Of a DNA stretch of 64,000 nucleotides, positions 10,546 to 19,264 are shown piece by piece. The stretch comes from an uncultured Elusimicrobia bacterium (GTDB lineage Bacteria > Elusimicrobiota > Elusimicrobia > 2-01-FULL-59-12), in the NCBI GenBank assembly GCA_963702895.1, contig OY969767.1:2016001-2080000 (forward strand), written 5' to 3'. How positions within the stretch are numbered: position 1 is the stretch's first letter; each line of letters starts with the position of its first letter. The notes under the pieces are model-generated. The model was given only the letters and a program-made list of their open reading frames with translations. It searched no databases and was not told the DNA's origin. The translations under genes were made by a program, and so were the position numbers.

Positions 10546-12588
10546 CTATCGTGATAGGGAGACGTTGTTTTTCTGTAAGGGAGGATCCGCAGATTCTGCT
10601 CGGGCAGAAGAAGAGGCCCCCAGCTCCTCCTTCAGAACGCGCAGGATTTCACCAACAGACCAAGCCTGAGCAATACAACCTCGCGGATCATGAGGCATAT
10701 CACCATCAAAAACCTCTGAGACTGTTCCCAAGCCTGACTCCCAGAGATGGGTGAGGAGGAGGGCCAGATGGGCGCGGATATGCGAGTGCACTTTCGCCGA
10801 TTTGCCGTAGACCTTTTGATAGGCCGTCAGAAAAGGACCCATCAGCCAAGGCCATACCGTCCCTTGGTGATAGGCCGAGTCTCGGTCCGCGGGTTTCCCC
10901 TTGTAATACGGAAGATACCTCGAGTCTCGGGGATCCAAGGTTCTTAAACCAAAAGGCGTCAAGAGCCTCTCTTCGAGAATGGCCACAATACGCGACGCCC
11001 TATCGGGAGTCACGCTCTCAAAAGGAAGGCTCACGGCGAAAATTTGATTGGGACGAAGACTGGCATCTTTTTCCTGGCCGTTAATGCAATCGTAGAGATA
11101 ACCGCCCTCTTCATACCAGAAATGTTGATTGATCGTAGACCACACTTTTTCGGCAAGCCCCATCCATTTCTTGGCATGGTTCTTCTCACCGAGCCGACCT
11201 CCGATTTGCTCCATGACACGCAGCGCGTTGTACCAGAGGGCTTGAATTTCGATGGCCTTGCCCGCGCGCGGGGTCACGGCACTCTCACCCACTTTCGCAT
11301 CCATCCACGTGAGCGGCGTGCTGGATTGTCCAGAGTAAATGAGACCGTCAAGATCCATATGGATGTGATACCTCGTGCCATTCTGGTAATGCGCAATGAT
11401 CTCCTTCATGACGGTCCAGAGCCTCTCATGGACAAAATCAAAGTCTTTCGTGTAGCGGACATAGTGAAAAACTCCGAGGATAAACCAGAGGCTTGCGTCC
11501 ACAGAATTGTATTCCGGTGTGCCCTCCCGGTCTGGGAAAAGATTCGGCACCAACCCGTCTTTCATCGAACCCGCGTAGGTTTCGAGGATCTCGCGCGCCT
11601 CTGTGAAGCGCCCAGGCGTCAGGAGCAATCCCGGCAGGGCGATCAGGCTGTCCCGGCCCCAGTCTTCAAACCAAGGATAACCGGCGATGATGCTCTTGTG
11701 CCGAGCATGACTCGGGTCCGGGCGGTTCTGGACAATAAATTGGTCAGCCGCCAGGAGGAGGTGATGGGTCACATCATCCGAGGCTTCCCAGCCCACCAGG
11801 AGCGACTGGCGGCGCTTGCGCTCCGCAGACAACAGATAGGAAGCGTCAAAGTAACCAGACCCTTCTGTCGTGATCACTATAACGGCTTCCTGACCCGGCG
11901 TCAGGAGGAATTTGAAATGACCAGGCGACCAACAATCCTCGTGAGCCTCAAGACCGCGTTCCTCTTCGCCTGCGTAGGCGACTTGTCGATACCAATTGAA
12001 GCCCTGCACATACGCCTCGGCATTATGATGGAAGTAAACGCACGGCACACCCGGATAGGGGGTGAAAGAGCAGACGCCCTGAGCGAGCTCCGGTTGAGCG
12101 CTCAATTGTCGGTTTTCTTTGTGCAACGCATGGAAATCACGTCCCGTCAAAAGCGGTCGAAGAATCAACTCCGCGCGAGGTTCATCTTTACGAATTTTAT
12201 AGGTGAGGATCGCGGTGTTTTGACCGTGAATCATCGTGAGCGACTTTTCCAAAATAAGGGGCCCAATCCGATAGGTCCACAAAGGCCAGGGATCGAGGCG
12301 AAAACCCATGAGATTTTCGTGGCCGCGCGGGTGCACGACCCCGGGGTATTGGTGGCAGGATAAATCGTACCGGGCATCGCCCATCACGACCCATTCGTCG
12401 AGGCCGTTGACCAGCATCATGCGCCCGCCTGGCGGGCGCGTCGCGGCGACGAGGAGGCCGTGGTAGCGGCGTGTGTTGCAGTTGATGAGCGTCGAGGAGG
12501 CAAAGCCCCCCAGGCCGTTGGTCTCGAGCCATTCCTTGGACAGCGCTGTCTCAAAATCAGAACAGGTGTCCTTATCGAAGGCGATCAC
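10546..12588 (-). CDS. Amylo-alpha-1,6-glucosidase / glycogen debranching enzyme (GDE_N + GDE_C)
   Basis: EWLETNGLGGFASS, TRRYHGLLVA, IIAGYPWFEDWGRD, LTWMDA, YHQGTVWPW, QAWSVGE. Confidence 0.92.
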   Translation of the reverse strand: MIAFDKDTCSDFETALSKEWLETNGLGGFASSTLINCNTRRYHGLLVAATRPPGGRMMLVNGLDEWVVMGDARYDLSCHQYPGVVHPRGHENLMGFRLDPWPLWTYRIGPLILEKSLTMIHGQNTAILTYKIRKDEPRAELILRPLLTGRDFHALHKENRQLSAQPELAQGVCSFTPYPGVPCVYFHHNAEAYVQGFNWYRQVAYAGEEERGLEAHEDCWSPGHFKFLLTPGQEAVIVITTEGSGYFDASYLLSAERKRRQSLLVGWEASDDVTHHLLLAADQFIVQNRPDPSHARHKSIIAGYPWFEDWGRDSLIALPGLLLTPGRFTEAREILETYAGSMKDGLVPNLFPDREGTPEYNSVDASLWFILGVFHYVRYTKDFDFVHERLWTVMKEIIAHYQNGTRYHIHMDLDGLIYSGQSSTPLTWMDAKVGESAVTPRAGKAIEIQALWYNALRVMEQIGGRLGEKNHAKKWMGLAEKVWSTINQHFWYEEGGYLYDCINGQEKDASLRPNQIFAVSLPFESVTPDRASRIVAILEERLLTPFGLRTLDPRDSRYLPYYKGKPADRDSAYHQGTVWPWLMGPFLTAYQKVYGKSAKVHSHIRAHLALLLTHLWESGLGTVSEVFDGDMPHDPRGCIAQAWSVGEILRVLKEELGASSSARAESADPPLQKNNVSLSR

Positions 12589-12728
12589 CCCGCCACCTCT
12601 TTGTGAAGGTCCACCACTTGTGGACGGTCGCCAGAACCCTGGCGACCTTTCGCTCGCGACGGGAGCGAAAATTCACAAAGAAGTGTTGGGGTCACAGAGG
12701 AAAGTCTACAATAATTTTCTTTCGACGC

Positions 12729-12764
12729 AAAAAGAGCGGGCCGGCCCGCGAGGGCCGGCCCGCT
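12729..12764 (-). terminator. Intrinsic terminator downstream of the porin gene
   Basis: Minus strand AGCGGGCCGGCCC-TCGC-GGGCCGGCCCGCT followed by CTTTTT. Confidence 0.8.
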
Positions 12765-12789
12765 GCCAACAGCAGCGCGTCGAGGATCG

Positions 12790-13908
12790 TCAGAAGAACA
12801 GGAACCAGTCCGCGCTGATCGTGTTCTGAACCCGCACGGCGGATCCATCATGGCGGACAAAGTAAGCCTGATTGGACCAGTCATGCCGGTATTCACCGCG
12901 CACACCCATATTCGAGGTGAGCATATACTTTTGTGTGAGGGTGATGTCTTTTACGGTCTGGTTGGTTGACCCATCAGCAAAGGCCGTTGCCCCAAACCGA
13001 TTGGCCCCGTGCTGATCCGCCAAAACTTCGAAACGGACGCTGGTCGAAGTCTTCGCCGTCTCGGCAAAAGTCGCCCAGAGGCCTGCGCCAGACCAATGGG
13101 TCGTGCCAGAGGTGTTCGGATCAACCGTTTGCTGGCCCCAATCGAGCTGCCCAGCGAAGCTCAACTTCTCAGTGGCCGCCAACGTGACCACCGTGTCCAA
13201 CGAGAGTCGAGTGGAGTTCGTCGGATCCGGGAGTTCCTTGCCATAGAGGCCCTGGAAGAACCAAGCAACCTTCTTCGTTGGCGTCACAACGGTTTGCCAA
13301 AGAAGAGTCTTGGCCGTATTGTTGTCTGGATTGGTCGTATCCCAGCCATTGACCACACCCAGCGTCGCGTTCACCTTCTCGGAGAAGACATAGTTGGCTT
13401 TGAGCCCCGTATGCGTAACAGGCTCTGCGAACGTGTAGAGCAAGCCTTCCGAGAAGTTCGGATTGCTGACACTGTCGACCAGTTCGTACCCGAAAGGCGT
13501 CACAAACTTTCCACCGATGACCGAGAGTTTCGAAGTCGCGGCATAGGTCAGATACGCTTCCTGGACCCAGAAGTTCGAGCTATTCCCGGAGACAACGGTG
13601 GCATCCTGCCCGGTGCGGAACCGGGTGGTAAAGCCAACTTTGTCTTCACCCACCGGCTTCGCGATTTGCAACAGGAAGGTGTTGAAGTTGAAGCCGTTGG
13701 AATCCGTGTCGAACAGACGCCCGACATTGTTGACTTTGCCGCCACTGCCGTCGGTTGGCTTATTCAGATTGCCAACATAGGATGCTTGAAGATAACCACT
13801 CATCGTAACGGCGTCATACCATTTCGTATCGGCGCAAGTTGCACTTACGGCAAGCGTTCCGACCAGCCCCTGCGAAAGAACCCATCTTGACAACATCCTG
13901 CTTTTCAT
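12790..13908 (-). CDS. Outer-membrane beta-barrel porin (BBP2/DUF1597-like)
   Basis: Signal peptide, QEAYL, GKFVTPFGYE..NPNFS, HTGL, VVNGWD, EYRHDWS and C-terminal aromatic residues. Confidence 0.8.
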   Translation of the reverse strand: MKSRMLSRWVLSQGLVGTLAVSATCADTKWYDAVTMSGYLQASYVGNLNKPTDGSGGKVNNVGRLFDTDSNGFNFNTFLLQIAKPVGEDKVGFTTRFRTGQDATVVSGNSSNFWVQEAYLTYAATSKLSVIGGKFVTPFGYELVDSVSNPNFSEGLLYTFAEPVTHTGLKANYVFSEKVNATLGVVNGWDTTNPDNNTAKTLLWQTVVTPTKKVAWFFQGLYGKELPDPTNSTRLSLDTVVTLAATEKLSFAGQLDWGQQTVDPNTSGTTHWSGAGLWATFAETAKTSTSVRFEVLADQHGANRFGATAFADGSTNQTVKDITLTQKYMLTSNMGVRGEYRHDWSNQAYFVRHDGSAVRVQNTISADWFLFF

Positions 13909-13931
13909 TGTGTCCTCCTTTTGATTTCAGG

Positions 13932-14000
13932 AAAAAGCGAAGGCGTTACCACCCACTTCACGAACGCCTGCGTTCGGTTCGACCGGTACTCCTTTGTACC
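13932..14000 (-). promoter_or_regulatory. Probable ANTAR-type attenuator between P-II and porin
   Basis: Minus strand GGTAC-AAAGGA-GTACC hexaloop (A1, G4), a degenerate second loop AACGCA, then terminator AGGCGTT...AACGCCT..TTTTT. Confidence 0.5.
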
Positions 14001-14026
14001 CTCCCCCGCCCATGTGAGCTTGCCAC

Positions 14027-14344
14027 TTAGAAGACGGCCTTAGCCCCTTTTTCTCCTGTCCGTATTCGAACCACTTCATCGACGGGAAGTACCGCGATTT
14101 TCCCGTCGCCAAACTTGCCCTGACGAGTAACTTTTAAAATGGTCGCGATGAGGCGTTCGATTTCGATATCCAGGGCAAAGACTTCAAGCTTCATCTTCGG
14201 CATCAGGATCGCCTTCCCTTTGCCCTGCTGCTTTCCGAAACCTTGAACGGCATAAGCGCTCAGGCCACCCACCCCGGCCTTGGCCAATGCCTTGATGAGA
14301 TCTTCCATAGATGATTCACGCACAAAACATTCAATTTTTTTCAT
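14027..14344 (-). CDS. P-II family nitrogen regulator with shortened T-loop
   Basis: MKKIECFVR, QGFGKQQG, PKMKLE, GKFGDGKI and VRIRTGE. ATG at 14344 has GGAG upstream. Confidence 0.9.
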   Translation of the reverse strand: MKKIECFVRESSMEDLIKALAKAGVGGLSAYAVQGFGKQQGKGKAILMPKMKLEVFALDIEIERLIATILKVTRQGKFGDGKIAVLPVDEVVRIRTGEKGAKAVF

Positions 14345-14361
14345 TTCCACTCCAGAACAAC

Positions 14362-14425
14362 AAAAAAGGCGACCGCCACGATCGTGGCTGCCGCCGTCAT
14401 TGGATGCCTCTACACTTCACTGTGC
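14362..14425 (-). promoter_or_regulatory. ANTAR dual-hairpin antitermination leader with overlapping intrinsic terminator
   Basis: Minus strand CAC-AGTGAA-GTG and CC-AATGAC-GG hexaloops (A1, G4). The second overlaps terminator GGCGGCAGCCAC-GATC-GTGGCGGTCGCC-TTTTTT. Confidence 0.8.
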
Positions 14426-14490
14426 TGGTCGTAACTTTAGCAGATCACGAAAAGATCGGTCAAGAAGTAAATGAAGTAAAATAAGGGACG

Positions 14491-15171
14491 ATGAACAAAG
14501 AATCGGCGTTTATCGAGGCGTTTAGGACCACCCGCATTATCCGACCGCCGACGCATACGATCGCGACGTTCGGGACCACCACGCTGCGCTACGTCCTCTT
14601 ATCCAGGATCGCGGAGCAGCCGGACTTCTGCCGGCTGCGCGAAGGTGAAGTGACGGCCGAACGCCCCAAGATTTTGACACCGGACTTTTGGAAAAAGCGC
14701 TTCGAAGGCTTCGGGGAGGACGAAGCGTATTACGGTGAAGAATTGGCCAAAGCCTATGGCGAGGCGCTGAAAGGTCTTGAATACAGCTTTCGGAACAACC
14801 TCAAAAACACATCGCTCGAGCATGCCTCTCTGCCCGAGGTTTCCGACCGAACGCGGAAAATCATGGAACAGGAAAACGCGCCGCGCACTTCTCTTTTGGA
14901 AGGACCAGACGGTCAGTGGTCGTTATCCATCATGAAATTTATTGTCGATATGAGCCTTCGCTCGTTTCCGATGAACTTTCGGGAACTGGAGGATCGCGGC
15001 CTCTTTGATCCAGGCAAACGACAGGAGAACCGTGAGCGGCTGGAAATCGAGAAGCTCTTTGGGCAGGCGCAGGTGGACCGCTCGAAAGTGAGCGGGCTGG
15101 GCGATTATCTTCGACGTTCAGGTTATTTCAACGATTACGAGGACAGGTTCTTTTCACTGATTCAGCGTTGA
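14491..15171 (+). CDS. Conserved-looking hypothetical protein
   Basis: 226-aa ORF with globular composition, divergent from P-II; no family recognised. Confidence 0.75.
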   Translation: MNKESAFIEAFRTTRIIRPPTHTIATFGTTTLRYVLLSRIAEQPDFCRLREGEVTAERPKILTPDFWKKRFEGFGEDEAYYGEELAKAYGEALKGLEYSFRNNLKNTSLEHASLPEVSDRTRKIMEQENAPRTSLLEGPDGQWSLSIMKFIVDMSLRSFPMNFRELEDRGLFDPGKRQENRERLEIEKLFGQAQVDRSKVSGLGDYLRRSGYFNDYEDRFFSLIQR

Positions 15172-15455
15172 AGTCCCTTGGGCTCTTGGGAGAGCTCGCT
15201 CTCCGGGATGTCGTAGATCTGAACAAGACGGACAACCCCAAAAGGCTGAAGGAGCCTCTGGCTGGCAACACGAATGGTCTCGGGAGATTCTGAAACATCC
15301 AATAAGCGGGCGTTGAGCTCATGGCTTGTCCCGAGGAGCGCCCGAAAGGGGTAAGTCAGCGTCTCGCCCCACGATCCCGGCATCGAGACCACAAAATAGG
15401 CGGCCAGAAAAACGACGAAGGCAAAGCAGAGCGTCAGAAAAAGAGGACGTTTCAC
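15162..15455 (-). CDS. Small membrane-anchored hypothetical protein
   Basis: N-terminal hydrophobic helix (LFLTLCFAFVVFLAAYFVV); fills the gap between neighbouring genes. Confidence 0.5.
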   Translation of the reverse strand: MKRPLFLTLCFAFVVFLAAYFVVSMPGSWGETLTYPFRALLGTSHELNARLLDVSESPETIRVASQRLLQPFGVVRLVQIYDIPESELSQEPKGLQR

Positions 15456-15466
15456 GGAGTTATTCT

Positions 15467-16249
15467 ATGAAAATCTATACCAAAACGGGTGACGATGGCA
15501 ACACGGGGCTCCTTGGGAACGTGCGCGTCGGCAAGGACTCTTCTCGCCTTGAAGCCTGTGGGTCCGTGGATGAGACCAATGCTGCCCTGGGCGTGATCCT
15601 CGCCTTCCTGCCCGAACAAGTGCAGGAAGCCCGAGCATGGCTTGGCGGCATCCAAAGTGATCTTTTCATCCTGGGAACGCTTCTCGCGACCCCGCCTTCC
15701 GACACAAAAAAGCACGCGGAACTGCCCCCCCAGCGTCTCCAGGCGCTGGAGACCCATATCGATCAGATGGAGTCGGAGCTCAAAGAGCTCACGCAATTTG
15801 TTTTGCCGCAAGGCACGCCTGGCGCAAGCTTGGCTCATCTGGCGCGCGCCATCTGTCGGCGCGCCGAGCGACGCGTGGTGAAACTGGCGCGCGAGGAACG
15901 TGTCGACAAAGTGATCCTGGCGTATTTGAACCGCCTCTCTGACTTTTTATTTGTCCTGGCGCGCTGGATCAACGCTCAAGAAGGCGGCGCGGAGGTGAGC
16001 TGGTCATACTCCACAGCCGACGGTGCAAAGACCACGAGCGAAACCGCTCGCCCGGCTGACCGCTTGGGTTCGACTCTCAAGAAGCTTGAGACCGAGAAAG
16101 AAAATCGAAAAACGCTTTTTGAGAAGACGACCTCGCAGATCCAGAAGAAGAAAGAGATCGCCGACAAGCTTTTTCGCCAGAACATCGATCAGATTAACAA
16201 AGAAGGCGGAAAAGTCGAGAAACCCCTCCGAGACTTTGATCTCGAATAA
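15467..16249 (+). CDS. PduO-type ATP:cob(I)alamin adenosyltransferase with charged C-terminal extension
   Basis: MKIYTKTGDDG, GSVDETN, ARAICRRAER, YLNRLSDFLFVLAR. ATG at 15467. Confidence 0.92.
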   Translation: MKIYTKTGDDGNTGLLGNVRVGKDSSRLEACGSVDETNAALGVILAFLPEQVQEARAWLGGIQSDLFILGTLLATPPSDTKKHAELPPQRLQALETHIDQMESELKELTQFVLPQGTPGASLAHLARAICRRAERRVVKLAREERVDKVILAYLNRLSDFLFVLARWINAQEGGAEVSWSYSTADGAKTTSETARPADRLGSTLKKLETEKENRKTLFEKTTSQIQKKKEIADKLFRQNIDQINKEGGKVEKPLRDFDLE

Positions 16250-16251
16250 AC

Positions 16252-17025
16252 CTATATTTTGACGATTTGGGGCAGTGGGACTTTGGGTGTGCAGATCACC
16301 AGTTGTCTCTGTTGCACGGCAATCCAAGCTCCCGTCAGTTCAGGAAGCGGCTCTGAGGCGATGACGACGCTGGTGGGCAGTGTCGCGTAATAGAGCGTGT
16401 AGTAGGCGGCTCGATCATCGACCGTTTCCCCCTTCTCCAGGCGCCGGTCCCCGTACTCGCGATAGGCCCAGAGACGTTTGCCATCACTTAAAAAAAAGCT
16501 CAGCGATGTGAAGACGAGTTCCTGCCGGACCTTTTTGAGAATGTCCACCAGCGCGCGTGTCGGGTCAATTTCTGGTTGGATTTGTTCATAGAGCCAGTGG
16601 AAAAATCGTTCACTGTCCGTGCTGCCAAAGGGCTGCGCGGAGATGAGCGGAAACGACCCCACAGCGCCAAAGACGGTGCCGTTGTGGGCGAAGACCCAGT
16701 CCTGGTAGTGGAAGGGATGCGTATTGGCAATCGATCTTTCCCCTTCCGAGGCTTTTCGAAGATGCGTGATGAGGATGGGCGACGATGATTTCACGGCCCG
16801 CGCGGCTGCCTCTTGATAGGCAACATCGCATTCTGCGGCTGATCGCGCATCCCGTCCAAAATAAACCGCGCGACCTGAGCTAAAACCCGAGATCCCCCAC
16901 CCATCGAAATGCCCTGGCGTCATTCCCTTTTTGACGCCACCCTTTTGGCAAAGGGGATAAAAGGAGCTCAGCGCCTGTTCAAGCGGTAAGGGCGGGGGCC
17001 CCGCGATAGCCATCATCCGACACAT
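16252..17025 (-). CDS. Class II glutamine amidotransferase (YafJ/EgtC-like)
   Basis: N-terminal MCRM (catalytic Cys), DGWG, HLRKAS, NTHPF, FAHNG, TDSE. Confidence 0.88.
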   Translation of the reverse strand: MCRMMAIAGPPPLPLEQALSSFYPLCQKGGVKKGMTPGHFDGWGISGFSSGRAVYFGRDARSAAECDVAYQEAAARAVKSSSPILITHLRKASEGERSIANTHPFHYQDWVFAHNGTVFGAVGSFPLISAQPFGSTDSERFFHWLYEQIQPEIDPTRALVDILKKVRQELVFTSLSFFLSDGKRLWAYREYGDRRLEKGETVDDRAAYYTLYYATLPTSVVIASEPLPELTGAWIAVQQRQLVICTPKVPLPQIVKI

Positions 17026-17086
17026 GCGATGTGGAATGAAAGCAAATTCAGCTTGATCCCGGCAACAAGGAAGGTCATACTGGGCT

Positions 17087-17863
17087 ATGCGCGTCCTTCA
17101 AACCTTCTTCTTGTTGGCACTCTGTGGCGCGACCGCCTGGGGTCGCACCGGGCCCGTGATCATCAAAACCTATACGGGCCAGCACCAGGATCACTTCATC
17201 TCCCAGTATGACCGTGTGCGGCTTCTCACACGCCAGGCACAGTTGCAAGCCTCGGCACGACTAGGCCTGCTTCAGTATCGTGAAGGATTCTCCTTTCCAC
17301 TGACGATTCGCTTTGCGGATGGGGCCCCCCAGGGCATCCAGAATGCCGCTGCCTATGTTCGTTTGCTCTCTGGCCCTGAAGGATTTTCTCAGGAACTCGT
17401 GGTGAACCTGGATGCGGCTAGTCAGCTGGACATGGAGTTCGATTCTCTTTTCCTGCACGAGATGACCCATGCCGTCCTGAACGATGCCGTGGGGGGCCAA
17501 GCGGCCACGAAGATCCCTCATTGGGTCCAGGAAGGGTTGGCACAATTGATCTCCGAAGAAGGGATGAACCGGGTCAAGAAAGCAGCGGGAGCTTACAGAA
17601 AATCGCAGGTTAAGGCCCTCCTCTATGACCTGGACGGCCCCTATTCCAGCCACGCCTATCCCCAGTACTATCTGGCCATCGAAGCGATGGAGGCGCGGCA
17701 CAGCATCAACGCCGTTCAGGCTCTGGTGAGGAACCTGATCGAGGGAAAAACCGTGATCGAGTCCGTGGAGGACGCCGCCGGCTGCCCCTGGACAGAATTT
17801 GAGAAGGAAGTTCGTGACTATAGCCTCAAAGTGCTGATCGAGCACGCCCGCCCTGATCTCTAG
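17087..17863 (+). CDS. Secreted zinc metallopeptidase-like protein (MA clan)
   Basis: Signal peptide; LHEMTH followed by PHWVQEGLA. Confidence 0.75.
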   Translation: MRVLQTFFLLALCGATAWGRTGPVIIKTYTGQHQDHFISQYDRVRLLTRQAQLQASARLGLLQYREGFSFPLTIRFADGAPQGIQNAAAYVRLLSGPEGFSQELVVNLDAASQLDMEFDSLFLHEMTHAVLNDAVGGQAATKIPHWVQEGLAQLISEEGMNRVKKAAGAYRKSQVKALLYDLDGPYSSHAYPQYYLAIEAMEARHSINAVQALVRNLIEGKTVIESVEDAAGCPWTEFEKEVRDYSLKVLIEHARPDL

Positions 17864-17912
17864 TAATAACAAGCGATCCTAAGACGCCTCCCTTTCGTAT
17901 CGGTTAGACCGC

Positions 17913-18509
17913 ATCAGGTTCAGGGTTCTTCCGGGCTCCGATATGCCGATTCCAGCTGTCCTACCTACACCCAGGGAGGGGATCCGTCCTCTTTCTTGCG
18001 CGAGAGGATTTCTGCCGCCGGTTCGGATGGACGAACCCCCCATCCCCCGTCTGCGACGGGGAGTAAGCACGTCCATCCTTCACCGGCCTGGCAAATCCTA
18101 CGCGCAAATCCAGAGGCCGGATCCCCTTATCCAGAATTCATCAGGTCATCACCCCCGCGGAAGCGAGGATTCATCATGCCGAAAGACGGTCCTTTGTCCA
18201 TACTCGATTTTCCCCGGGAAACTTCAGTTAAACCGATTTGGATTTCTCAGACAAAGCGCCTTGTGATGAATGTCTCAAGGCGCTCTTGCCGAGTGGATCG
18301 GCGATCCAAGGAGACAATGGAATTAGTATTCAAGGCAAGAATGATCAGGTTCAGGATTCTGGAGGGCGACTGTGCGGCTTTAGCGACGAGAGTCGGAACG
18401 TTCTGGATGGCGCCAGACGTCATAAAGCCATCCAGGTCCGACTGAGGAGCGATCCAGCCGCCGCGGCTGGAAAAGGCGCACCGGAGCCCGGAAGAATCCT
18501 GAACCTGAT
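17913..18509. repeat. About 600-bp non-coding element bounded by ~44-bp imperfect inverted repeats
   Basis: ATCAGGTTCAGGGTTCTTCCGGGCTCCG (17913) versus CGGAGCCCGGAAGAATCCTGAACCTGAT (ends 18509); third partial copy at 18344-18360. Confidence 0.75.
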
Positions 18510-18580
18510 CCGGCCTGGATAAAGCTACGACAATCAGGTTGCCCATGAAAATGGGCGATGGACCGAAGGAGAAGAACCGC

Positions 18581-18586
18581 TATAAT
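18581..18586 (+). promoter_or_regulatory. Probable -10 box of the tmRNA promoter
   Basis: Perfect TATAAT about 20 nt upstream of the mature tmRNA 5' end. Confidence 0.5.
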
Positions 18587-18606
18587 AAGGCGTAGATCTT
18601 TGATTT

Positions 18607-18975
18607 GGGGCTGAATAGGATCGACAGGGTTAGACGGAGCGGATGGTCGCAAGCCGTGGTTGGTCAGACCCACGTTAAAATCCGGCCAAAAACCAACTGG
18701 CGAACCTGAACTCGCCCTCGCTGCCTAAACCGTAGCGAGTCCGGGGCTTTGCTCCGGCGCTCACCCTCGACCTCGCCTGTGGGCGGGGCGTGAGTGTCAT
18801 GATGCAGGCTAGGCCGCCAAGCGCGCCTTCGCGAAACGGCCGAAACGCAGCAAGGCTGGGCCGGGAGAATGCGGTACGCAGCTACCTCCAGGCCGAGACT
18901 CAAGAGCGCACTAAGCTTGTAGTGACGCCGCCAGGCTGATCTTGGACCCGGGTGCAATTCCCGGCAGCTCCACCA
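18607..18975 (+). ncRNA. ssrA: tmRNA; tag reading frame 18699-18728, (A)GEPELALAA*
   Basis: 5' GGGGCTGAATAGGATCGAC; 3' GACCCGGGTGCAATTCCCGGCAGCTCCACCA; internal tag ending LAA-stop; 369 nt. Confidence 0.95.
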
Positions 18976-18987
18976 GTGGTGATAGAG

Positions 18988-19027
18988 AAAAGGCCCTCGG
19001 TCGTTACAGCGACCGAGGGCCTTCCTT
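18988..19027 (+). terminator. Hairpin terminator after tmRNA
   Basis: AAGGCCCTCGGTCG-TTACAG-CGACCGAGGGCCTT followed by CCTTATT. Confidence 0.65.
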
Positions 19028-19264
19028 ATTGTGCACTGGTGGAGCTGCCTGTCCCCGAAGGTCGCAATTCGTATAGCGACCGGAGTGGGACGGCAGCGAG
19101 ACCGCTATTTACGCTGGTGGAGCTGCCTGTCCCCCGTAGCCTGCTGGCGTCGTGTGCCAGCGCCCAGGCGAAGGGGGGCGGCAGCGAACAGAATGGTTGA
19201 GTGTCAGGTAAAAGCAAAAGTCTTTTTTTCTTACAGACTGTAAGAGATTGGGCAGGCGCGGGTT

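Noticed and set aside
11044..12363. Long antisense ORFs (also 24731-25768, 27919-29016, 45345-46661 and those opposite the adhesin)
   Set aside because: Shadow frames of well-supported genes in GC-rich DNA, with no recognisable motifs.
17890..18520. TPP riboswitch (GAACCTGAT) or RNase P (CCGGGCTCC)
   Set aside because: The CTGAGA element of TPP and the GAGGAAAGTCC of RNase P are absent, and no suitable downstream gene follows.
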